Program-made: the position numbers and the translations under genes
The notes under the pieces: generated by a model
What the model was told of the DNA's origin: nothing
Seen by the model: the letters and a program-made list of their open reading frames with translations, nothing else
Databases searched by the model: none
Shown here: one piece after another, positions 1 to 10,979 of the stretch
Numbering within the stretch: position 1 is the stretch's first letter
How the letters are laid out: each line of letters begins with the position of its first letter
Assembly (NCBI GenBank): GCA_043228905.1
Contig: JBHGNT010000003.1
Location: 4,402,001 to 4,466,000 of the forward strand
Direction of reading: 5' to 3'
From: Azolla caroliniana
Taxonomy: Eukaryota > Plantae > Polypodiophyta
Length of the DNA: 64,000 nt

Positions 1-3000
1 GCTTCAACCGGAATCCGTTGACCCATTTGCCTAGCACTTCGTCGGCAAATGTCCCTAACTGGTAGGACCCATTATACTCCCGTGTTAGCCAATACGGTTC
101 GGTCCATCTAACCCGTAGTTTACCCGGCATCTTGCCCATCCGGGTCTGAAATACTAACACCGGTTTGCCGATTGCGAACATTTTTTCGTTTCCTTTCTGT
201 GCCGATCGACAAATGCCCTCCGTCGCCGTTGCTCCAATTCTAAATGCAGGAAGCTGGCCAGTCGTTGTTCCTCGAGTTCACACAGCGCTGTCAACCGTAT
301 TGCCTCCGACTCCTTCTCGTTCAGCCGTTCCCGTAGCTGGATCCGTAAGCTGGGTACTTGGAATTCCACCGGCATTACCGCCTCTAGTCCGAACGCTAAC
401 CGGAACGGTGTTGTTCGGATGCTCGTTTTGTATGCCGTCCGGTATGCCCAAAGCGCGCTATGTAGCTTTGTGTCCCAATCCGTTCGGTTTTCGTTGACGA
501 TCTTCCGGAGGATATTCTGGAGCGTCTTGTTCGTTGATTCTGCTAAACCATTCGCTTGTGGATAGTAAGGTGTGCTCCGTTTGTGGACAACGGCATAGAA
601 TGTCGTCAGGCTTTCCACTACTTGGCAAGGAAAGTGCCCCCCTTGGTCGCTTATTAATTCAATTGGGCATCCGTAACGGCACCGGATGTACTCATATAGA
701 AACTTCGCCGTTGACGCAACGATGTTGTCCCTTAATGCTTTGGCCTCCACCCATTTCGTGCAGTAATCTGTCGCGACGATGACGTATCGATTACCCGTTC
801 TCATTGCCGGTGGCTTGAACGGTCCCACAAAGTCCAGCCCCCACTTCTGGAATGGCTCGAGTGGTAGTACCGGTTGGTGTGGCATACGAGCATGCTCCGT
901 TGGCTGGCCCATTCTCTGGCATAGGTCACATTCTTTTGCGTATCGTACCGCATCTCTTAATGTCGTTGGCCACCATAGGCCACTTTGCCATATTTTCCTG
1001 GCCGTCGCATCTCCGGCATAGTGACCTCCGACAACTCCGCAGTGGGCTTCCCTCAGTATCAGTTCCTTTTCATCGCTGCGCACCGCCCGTCTCCATATGC
1101 CGTCCGCACCCTTGTGGTAAAGTGTGTCTTGCAGTAAGCAGAAATGTCGGCTTTGCACCGCCGGCGTTTCCGTTCGTCCCGGTTCATCTCTTCCGGAGGC
1201 AGTCCTGTGCTCAGAAACTGGTGCATATTTGTGAGCCATTTGTCTTCCTGTGCCACCGTCTCATCTGCTACCGTCTCCGTAGTGACTCGAAACAGCTCCG
1301 CATCCGGAAACTCATCTGCTACTCAGTCACCCATCTCTCCAGACTCTAATCGGCTTAAGTAATCCGCCACGACATGCTGTATACCGGGTCGGTGGAATAT
1401 TTCAAACTCGAACTCCTGTAACAGTAAGGTCCACCAGGCCAATTTGCCGGTGAGTGACGCTTTGGACACCAGGTAAAGGAGTGCCGAATGATCTACATGG
1501 AAGGAAAACTTTCTACCCAATAAATAATGCCGAAACTTTGTCACACTGTAGAACATCCCTAGAGCTTCTCGTTCCGTGGTAGAGTAGTTCCGTTCTGCTT
1601 GGGATAGCTTCCGGCTGGCATAGTACACCGGCCGGTACCATTTTGGTTCCGTAAGTTGCATAAGTACGCTTCCGATTGCGATGTCGAAGGCGTCCACGAA
1701 CACGTGAAATTCTTTACTCCAATCCGGAGGTTGCACTACCGGTGCCTGTGACAATAGTACCTTGAGGGCCCTATACGCCCTATCCTCGGTGTCGGTTCAC
1801 TCGAATGGTGTCCGATGTACGGCGGCATGCAATGGTGTAGCTAGGTCGGCCAAGTATCGGAGCATCCGGCTGTGCCACCGGATCTGGCCTAAGAACCGGC
1901 TTAATGCCTTTGCCGTTGCCGGCGCCGGTGCTTCTAATATGGCTTTCACTTTGTCCGGGTCGACTGCAATACCTTCTTGGCTCACAATATATCCTAATAG
2001 AGTTCCACTAGACACGCCAAATACACATTTTGCCGGATTCAAGCTTAGCCGGTACGCTCTACACTTTTCAAGACAAAGGCGGAGGTGCTGAAAATGGTCC
2101 TCCTCCCGGCTATAGACGGCGAAATCGTCAAGGAAAACCTGCATAAAAGCCGGAATATATTCACCGAAGATTTCCATGATGATTCGTTGAAATGTTGCCG
2201 GTGCCGTTTTGAGTCCGAACATCATCACCACGGCCACAAACACTCCCCATTCGGTGACAAAAGCCGTTTTCTCTTGATCGTCGGGGTGCATCCGGATCTG
2301 ATTATACCCGCTGAATCCGTCTAGGAAACTATAGACCTCATGGCCGGCGACGACATCCAACACTCCATCTGTGAACAGAAGTGGAAACGCATCCGTTACC
2401 GTAGCTGCATTGAGTTTCCGGTAGTCCACACAAACTCGAATTTTTCCGTTTTTCTTCCTGCGCTTGCCGTAACTCCCGGATTGCGTCTTTATCCGGTTTT
2501 GCTTCAGCCTCTTCCAGTTGCAGTAAGTATGGTCCTACTGCTTCGGCAATGTCAATTTCGAAGAGGGGTATGATCTTCGGGTTTTCCTGCAGGTACTGAG
2601 CTTCTTCTTCGTCCGTTAACCCTTCTAGCATGTTGACGCATTCCACATACAACGATGTACATTCCTTGCCAGTGCTCGTCCTTGGTTGTGTTGGTACCCG
2701 TACCTTGGCTTTTCCTCGCCGGAAGGTAATTATATTTTTCCGCCAATTCTGTTTGATATGTGCCGTTTTCAACCATGGCCGCCCTAGCAATAGCGGGTAT
2801 GCGCCTTGTGCCTGTAATTGTAGCACTACGGCCGAGATGTGAAATGTATGATCACCGACGGTGACTTCTAATTTCCGTATTAATCCTGTCGGCCGCACTG
2901 AGCTTGTATCGGCCATCCGCAACCAGAACAGACACGGCTCCCACTCGTGGATTCCTAGGGCATCACACGTCCGGAGGCTTATTACATTCACCCCAGAGCC

Positions 3001-5258
3001 TCCGTCTATAACTGTGCCGGGGAGTTCTTTCCCTTTTACAATGGCAGTGATTACCGGACTGCTGGTGTCCACCACCGTTGGTCCCTCCTCTGGATTCGAG
3101 AACAGTACCGGTGCCGGTGATGGTTCTCCTGCCGTCATGGCCGTCTTCAGTCCTTCCGTGAATCTTGGCACGAGTTGTAGGAGTCTTCCTAGTGGCAACG
3201 TAATCTGGCATTCTTGCAACGCCTGCCATGTCTCGTTCTCGGAGTTACTACCGCCGGCAAGCCCTACGGTGTTTTCCTTTTGCCGCTGTAAGTCTGTGAC
3301 ATTCTGCTCGTTTGCTTTCTTTACCCATTCCGTTGCTTGTTTCCGGATAGTCTCCTGCGTCTCCCATTCCTTGGCCATGCCCTTCGACCTTGTGGTCACC
3401 TACTGCAGATCTGCCACCTCAGGGACTACCATATTTACTGCCAGTCGTTTTTCATAGCTCTTCACTGGACATTGGTTACTATAATGGCCTTCCTGTCGGC
3501 AGTAGTAGCAGTAGGTTTTCCGGGTATTGCTAGATTCGGCATTGTCTGTTGTACTCGGGGCAGGTCTTGCGGTACGCGCGGGGTTTTGGACCGGTTGGCT
3601 GCTTGGAGCTCCTTGTTCCGAATCCCGGAGGTAGCCGCCTTTTTTAAAATGTCGTTTTTTGTTATAGCTCTTCTTATTGCGGTACTCTTGACGGGATTGC
3701 CCGTTATATCTGCCGTATTCCTCCCGTTGCTGACGATACCCGGGGGAGTGCTCCCGGTCGTAATGTTCGTATCGTCCATTGTAATCCTGGTACCGATCAT
3801 GCCGGTCATAGTTATCCCGCCGATCACCGTACCGGACATCATTATCCCGTTGATCGCCATACCGGACATCCTGTGCCGGTCGATCGCGGTCCATTCGCTG
3901 CCAGCGTTTGTCTTCTTCATCCCGGCTGCTGCGTGGCTCAATTTGTCGGACGGGCGGTGCTTGCCGGTTCAACAGATTATACTTGCACCTATCCGTCGTA
4001 TGGCTCTTGGATTGACAGATTACACATTGCGTCCTCATAGTGCATTCTAGAGCCGAGTGTTTGGAATTCAAGCAGGTTGTGCACTGTATTGCTTGCCGAA
4101 ACCGGAGGTCTTCATCGGACGGTAACACCCGTTGGAGTGATCCCAGTGTGAGCCAGGAGCTTGTCTTTTCCATCTCTCTCACTCGGTCAATAACCTGGTC
4201 GATGGTACTTGTGCGGAAGTCAATTACCGTGCAAACCGTGCAAACCGTGCGTAGGGGTTCTCGGAGCGCGTTTAGGAATATAGTCCGTAATTCCTCCTCC
4301 GGGGGTGCGCGGGCAAGCTGACTATGCATCCGTTGAAACCGGATGACAAATTGGGGAATGCTCACCCCTGCCTCTTGTCGGATGGTATAAAATAAGCCTA
4401 CCATTACGGTCTGGTCCACCTCCTTTTGAAAAAATGCAAGAATTTAGCTTTTAAATCTGCAAAGGTGTTGATGGTAGACGGGTCCTGCGTCCGACGCCAT
4501 CTTGCTACCGGTCCCTCCAATGTGACTCCAAATTCCGCTATCTTAGAGCGTTCTTCTTCCTCCGGGGTCAATCGCTGGGACACATGGTTGGCTTCCCATG
4601 TTTGTTCAAAGGCGTGCACATGAGCTTCCGCGTCCGGATCATCTCTATACTTGGAGTACTGGAATGGCATGTCGTCGTCCGGTATCGGTGCGCGGGCTGG
4701 CAGTGTTGGTGCTCGTTCCGGAATTTTCTCCGGTGTCGGTGGTCTTTCCCGATTTGTTTCCGGCGTCGGTGGTTTTTCCTCTTCTTTTGGTGATGGAGGC
4801 CTCTCCTCTTCGACTTCCGGTGTCGGAGGTCGCTCTTCCTCTGCTGGTTATGGGGGTTCCAGCGTTAGCACTTCCGGTTCCGGTGTCGATAAGGTATCCG
4901 ATCCTTCGTCCTCCGGTCCGCCCGGGGTTTCGTTGCTGCTACAGTAGTTCGTGTGCACGCTGTATTCCCCTTTGGAGTCCGATTCATATGCTGAAAAGGC
5001 TTCTGCTTCGCCTTCTCCGTTTGCCAACGCGTGGAGAAGGGATTCGGTTTCCCGGAGGCTGCTTAGGTTGCTACCGTCGTCCGGGTGCGATGTTTGCTGT
5101 AACCAGAGGGAGTCCTCCGCTACTCTCCGGATTACGTTGGAAAACGAGCGATCTGCTCTAATTTCCTGCGCCGCTTGCTGGAAAGCCTCGCGTCTCCTTT
5201 GCCTTTCGGCAAGGCATCGAGTTCGATATGTAACCAGGTCGTGCGTTGATCTAGACAT
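1..5258 (-). pseudogene. Element A gag-pol, disrupted by frameshifts, stops and a ~0.4-kb deletion of the RT N-terminus
   Basis: ORFs 4848-5345, 4404-4670, 3400-4419, 2338-3399, 1797-2429, 1323-1754, 1059-1256 and 154-1239 are collinear with the proteins of elements B and H. Confidence 0.9.
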
Positions 5259-5377
5259 CCATCCGTGCCGTCGTTCGCTGCAAAAACAGGAATCGTGGTC
5301 GCCAAAAACTGTGTTAACTCTTAGGGCCGGACAATGGCCTAACACAGGGTGTCTACGGAAGACACTTCACCAAAGGG

Positions 5378-5746
5378 TGTTACGACAACTGGATTAGACT
5401 CAACGCTTAATCCGGCTTCATTAAGTTACTTAGCATGATCGTCTTTCATAATCACACGTGTAAGATATAACAATTAAGACAGAACGGTAATTAACACAGA
5501 GAGATAACAACGCTAAGCTTCTATTAATTAACCGCTATCCATTACATTGTATCCGGGCCTTTAAATAGGTTTCCGGTCTGTATTACAAAACGGTGCCATC
5601 CGCACTTGTTCGGGATCGGTCCGGATCCGGAACGGCATACCGATTCCAGTCCGTCCGTCCACACTCATAGCTTAATTAAAACCACATTCCTACTACTTAA
5701 ATAACTCTCCGTTTCCCACTCTGGACTCCTTTGCCGGCCGGTAACA
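5378..5746 (-). repeat. 5' LTR of element A (369 bp)
   Basis: TGTTAC...GTAACA termini. Its reverse complement resembles LTR 51888-52258 and is followed by the same CCCTTTGGTGAAGTGTC leader. Confidence 0.9.
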
Positions 5747-7296
5747 AGTCAGTTTGAGCAAGGCGAGGGAAGTGGAACGTTTGTTCCTACTTGCTATATT
5801 TGCCGTCAAACTGGTCATTATGCTAATCAGTGCCCTGCTAAATGAAAAGGATCGGCGGTTAATATGGTTATATTGGAAGTACAACAAGTAACCACTAGAA
5901 GCAAAAGTAAACAATCTGAGTGGGAGATTTAGGAAGTAGTCCGGAAAGCAGCCAAGGAATGGATAGAGGAAGCAAATAAAAATAATGTAAACCGGATGCT
6001 CCAAGATAATGAAATTAACCAAGCTACTGAAGTACCAGGAGTGATTGTTGTACAAGAATAAGAGGAAGCTTGGAAGCTATTGGAAGATTGCCAAGTCTCA
6101 TTACCACTGACCGGATTACTTAAGTTGGTCCCTAGATTTACCGAAAAAGTGGCGACATTGATTGCCCAAAAGGGGTCAGAACGAGTATCGGTACACTATA
6201 GTCAGCCGAGCACCAACCCTTCAATCATGGATGAGCAAAATCCATCAATTAAAGTAATAATTCAGGTTCAGGAAATCGAAAATACGATTATCGATGGGGG
6301 CTCAGGAGTGAATGTCATTAATAAAACCACCTGTGATAGGTTGGGAATTACTAAATGGGAAGCTTGCCCATTTTGGCTCAGAATGGCGGATACCACTACG
6401 GTACGACCAATTGGTTTACTCCACCAATTAGAGGTGGTATTGGGTGGTCATAGTTTTCTAATATCGGCAGTAATACTTCATTTGGAAGCTCCTGGTGCAT
6501 ATCCTTTGTTATTAGGGTGATCGTTGTTAAAGACTGCTAGTTCATCAAGCAGAATTGGAATCAGAATCAACTAACATTCAGAAAAGGCAAAACGAAAATC
6601 CGGGTTTCAACACAGAACAAGGTTGCGACAAGTAAACAGTGTTTGCCTGTGTATGCTGAGTCCGTCAATATGATGGAAGGATTAGACGAGGTCAAAGAAA
6701 ATAGTATTTTGATGATAATCCAAAAATCATTCCTTTGTTCGAAGTAGATATTTTACAAGCCTTGACCCCATATGTGGATTTCTAGGAGGAATTGCCAATA
6801 GATGAGCAAGCAATGAAGGAAATACGACTCTAGCAAGAAGCTACCGATAGAGAGATGAAGGTGTCCCAACGAGTTCAAGCTTCAACATTGGAGGAAATAA
6901 ATTTGGCAGAAGAAGATGGGGACAATGAGTTGAAAACAGTACTTATTGCTAAGGATATGATAGAAGTAGAGAAACAAAGGTTAACAACATTATTAAAGCA
7001 ATATAAGGATGTCTTTGCCTGGTCTTTTGAAGATATGAAGGGACTAGATCCAGCTTTTTGTCAACATCAAATCAACTTGCATAAGGATGCAAAGCCAGTT
7101 CAACAATGCAGGTACCGATTAAATCCTAATTATGCTATTAAAGTTAAAGAAGAAATAGATAAACTTTTGAAAGTAGGGTTTATTCGTCCGGTGAAAAAAT
7201 CGACATGGTTAAGTCCAATCGTCGTAGTTCCGAAAAAGAATGGAAAAATTCGAGTATGTGTCGACTACCGGAAACTAAATGCAGCTACCATTACGG

Positions 7297-8150
7297 TGTC
7301 GTAGTGTAATTCGCACACTACGTGAAAAACACATTTTTTGTCTCTCCGGATGGGACATGAAGAGTACCCGGTGAGAACCGGATGAAGAAGGCCGGTGAGA
7401 GTCGGTGAGAAGAGGACCGGTAAGGAAGACCTGGTAAGAACCGGATAAAGAAAATTGGTGAGAACCGGATGAAGAGACATATTTGTAAATAGAAGAAAGT
7501 ATAAAAATATATATTACATGCATAGGGCAAGATTCTAACCTTGCACCTCCATGTTTATAATGTAAAGCCTTACCATTACACTAACATATCATTAGTGTTA
7601 AAAAGAGAAACGTCCCACATAGAAATAAGTTCACGCAAGGATAAACTTTAGTTAGAAGAAAACACATGATAAAAGAAAAAGCTACACATGCACATGTAGC
7701 GTGCATGAACACCATAGTCGATAAAAACGCATCAAGTTAGAAAAAGTAGGATCAATTTAGAAAAAGCATGTTAGAGAAAGCATAGAGTCTATCTATAGAA
7801 AAAGCATGGATTGTTAAGACTCTCTCATCACTATATAAGGATGAGGAGCACAATGTAATGGGGGGGGGGGGGGTGTGTGAAATATTTGGGAAATTGGATA
7901 TATTTCCTAAAACACCAATAAATAATCTATACTTGTGGGATTCACAAGTTCTTTTATCTCTTTCTTTCAATCTAAATACATATTCTTATCTAAATATTGA
8001 TTAATAAAATACATTATACTTGTGGGATTTCCAAGTTTCTAATAATCTATTTATAATTAGGATCGTCTCAAATTCTTCCTCCTCCTAGTCCAAAACCCCA
8101 GTGGTTCCCACCTGACTCACGCAAACGATCTGGGGCTGAAAGGCACGACA
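7297..8150 (+). repeat. 5' LTR of C (854 bp)
   Basis: Direct repeat of 10128-10979, roughly 97-98% identical by eye. Confidence 0.97.
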
Positions 8151-8155
8151 CAATT

Positions 8156-8173
8156 TGGTGAACCCGACGTGAA
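8156..8173 (+). promoter_or_regulatory. Primer binding site of C, complementary to the tRNA-Trp 3' end
   Basis: TGGTGAACCCGACGTGAA is complementary to the plant tRNA-Trp end ...TTCACGTCGGGTTCACCA (recalled sequence). Confidence 0.85.
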
Positions 8174-8188
8174 GGCAGGTGGCAAGGA

Positions 8189-9510
8189 GATGGAGAATCA
8201 ACAAGAGGCGATGAGCATAATGATGATGATGATTGAGCGAATGCAACAAGAACAACGCACGATGTCGGAGATGAAGGCGGCTGTTGAGCGGCTTGTGCAA
8301 CAAAATGGGGAATTCAACGGAAAGGCTGTATCACGCTATCTATGTGACTATAAGGCGGAGATGATGCGATGTGAGATACCGGAAGGATTGCAAGTGATAT
8401 CCTTTGATCGGGTGGCCTCGGACAAGCTGCAAGAGAGCATATACGAGATACGACAACAGAACACAACGTGGGTGTCCTTTGAGAAAGCTCTATTAGAGAA
8501 GTATGACTACGAGAGATCGATAGGACGAGATCGATGTGAGTTTGACCAGTGGGTGGGATCGACAAAGACTCACTGAAGTGCAACACAAGCATTCCTAGAG
8601 TTCGAGCATCGTTTTGCTCGACTCTCGGCGTGGGAACAAAGATTTTTGGGGGAGGATAAAGTCCAAATGTTCGTAAGATCGATTGATCAAAAAGAAAGGA
8701 TGGACATCGGGATCCAACTTGAAGATGATGACGGTGCAAATGGCCTTACCGAGGATTGGGTTGAAGTCGAAAGAGTATGCCAAAGATATGATAAGAGGAA
8801 AAGAGTATGCCAAAGATATGATAAGAGGAAGACGAGAATATTGTTGGCAACAAAATGGCCTACAAGGGATGATCGATGTGGTTGATACGAAGGTTGAAGT
8901 ACGATTCGACGGTACCACGGGAGAGGGTGTGGAACAAGGTATCCTCTTGTCTTGCGAAAGAACAATGACCAAGGATAAGGTCGATGACTTGAGAGTGGCG
9001 AATGCTACTTCAAGAACGGAAGAAGGTTTCGGAATACAAGTATCTGAAACATCGGGTGAAAAAGGGTTAAGCATAATCGATGCTTGCATGATCGAGGGAG
9101 ATAAAGAGTGTGAGGCGGACTTGATTGAGGAGGTTGCCATGAAAGATGACATCGAATCGGAGGTGGCTATGGACGAATCAATGGCGAATGGCTATATGAA
9201 GACTTTCCCACCACTAGTTCGAGAGACTTCGGTAGTTGCGTTCGAAAGACAACTTGAGACCGAAGAGATGGAAGGTGGCGGAGAGAAAACAAAGTTTGAA
9301 TCCGATCCATACGACGGAGAGATAGCCAAGAAGGTGGCTATGGGTGAAACAACGGAGAACGATAATACCGAGGATTCCTGCCCACTAATCCTAGAGACTT
9401 CGGCGGTTGTGTCCGAGAAGCAACATAAGACCGGAGAGATGAGAGATGATGGAGAGGAAGGTAAAGTCGAAAGCCGATTCGGATGGAAGATGATCTGTCC
9501 GAAATTTTGA
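8189..9510 (+). pseudogene. Element C gag-like region followed by an acidic low-complexity extension
   Basis: VERLVQQNGEFNGKAVSRYL...TWVSFEKALLEKY aligns with G gag VDRTVETVGRFGGKNITNFL...TWAEFERALLTEY. ORF 8683-9510 is E/D-rich with internal duplications. Confidence 0.75.
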
Positions 9511-10127
9511 TCTAAACGAAAGTCGAACCTGTCGAATCTGGTGAACACGAAGAAAAGAAAGTCAACCCAGACCGAAACCAATGGGTCAAACCTGAACTGG
9601 AAGGGGGCCGACTCAATCGAAACCAATCAACCGAGTCTGATTCAGCCGAATACGAATCCGATCAGAAGCTGATCCAGCTGAAAACCGATCAGACAAGACC
9701 GATCCGGAAAGAAGGTAATCCGACTCAACTGGAGGTCGAAGCAATCAAGACCGGTGAAAACGAGGAAGACGCCAAACAGGCACACTATCATGGCCATGCT
9801 AAGAGTGAACGAAGAATATGGTGGATCGGATGGCGACAATGGTTCGGGCGGAAAGAATGGATATGCTCAAAATGGAGAGACAAAATCGACATAGCGAGCG
9901 AAATGAAGGGATTGCGAATAAAGGAGAAATACGAGAGCCGGAAACCGGTAACCGGGCGGAGCAAGCAACTGAAATCCGGAAACTGAACGGAGCCGGAAAC
10001 CGAGCGAAGCCGACAACCAAGCACGACCGGCGACGAAACCAACCGGGCAGAGACCGGACGGGGAAGACTAACAATCACCGACGGCTTCGGCACATACCGG
10101 AGGATGTGCGGGTTCAGAGGGGGCGAG

Positions 10128-10979
10128 TGTCGTAGTGTAATTCGCACACTACGTGAAAAACACATTTTTTGTCTCTCCGGATGGGACATGAAGAGTACTC
10201 GGTGAGAACCAGATGAAGAAGGTCGGTGAGAGTCGGTGAGAAGAGGACCGGTAAGGAAGACCCGGTAAGAACCGGATAAAGAAAACTGGTGAGAACCGGA
10301 TGAAGAGATATATTTGTAAATAGAAGAAAGTATAAAAATATATATTACATGCATAGGGCAAGATTCTAACCTTGCACCTCCATGTTTATAATGTAAAGCC
10401 TTACCATTACACTAACATATCATTAATGTTAAAAAGAGTAAACGTCCCACATAGAAAGGTAAGTTCACGCAAGGATAAACTTTAGTTAGAAGAAAACGCG
10501 TGATAAAAGAAAAAGCTACACATGCACATGTAGCGTGCATGAACACCATAGTCGATAAAAACGCATCAAGTTAGAAAAAGTAGGATCAATTTAGAAAAAG
10601 CATGTTAGAGAAAGCATAGAGTCTATCTATAGAAAAAGCATGGATTGTTAAGACTCTCTCATCACTATATAAGAATGAGGAGCACAATGTAATAGGGGGG
10701 GGTGTGAGAAATATTTGGGAAATTGGATATATTTCCTAAAACACCAATAAATAATCTATACTTGTGGGATTCACAAGTTCTTTTATCTCTTTCTTTCAAT
10801 CTAAATACATATTCTTATCTAAATATTGATTAATAAAATACATTATACTTGTGGGATTTCCAAGTTTCTAATAATCTATTTATAATTAGGATTGTCTCAA
10901 ATTCTTCCTCCTCCTAGTCCAAAACCCCAGTGGTTCCCACCCGACTCACGCAAACAATCTGGCGCCGAAAGGCACGACA
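10128..10979 (+). repeat. 3' LTR of C (852 bp)
   Basis: Preceded by PPT AGAGGGGGCGAG; repeat of the 5' LTR. Confidence 0.97.

Larger units (their letters stand above)
1..5746 (-). mobile_element. Element A: Ty3/Gypsy non-chromovirus LTR retrotransposon; 3' end lies outside the window
   Basis: Minus-strand order is gag (CCHC knuckle CYYCRQEGHYSNQCP), protease (VIDGGSG), RT (FLDD), RNase H, integrase (HHCC zinc finger, GLDFVGP, SDQG, NGLAE). 5' LTR at 5378-5746. It is inserted in the gag of element B. Confidence 0.95.
7297..10979 (+). mobile_element. Element C: non-autonomous gag-only (TR-GAG-like) Gypsy-lineage LTR element, 3683 bp
   Basis: Near-identical LTRs 7297-8150 and 10128-10979 (TGTCGT...ACGACA). 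4-bp TSD ACGG at 7293-7296 and 10980-10983. tRNA-Trp PBS, PPT, gag homologous to G, no pol motifs. Confidence 0.95.

Noticed and set aside
3397-3405. In-frame TAG between A gag and protease as programmed readthrough
   Set aside because: B has CAA at the equivalent codon (VQQVTTRS), so this is a C>T nonsense mutation.
165-5397. Plus-strand ORFs antisense to A (and similar antisense ORFs over other elements)
   Set aside because: Shadow frames of GC-rich coding sequence with no recognisable motifs.
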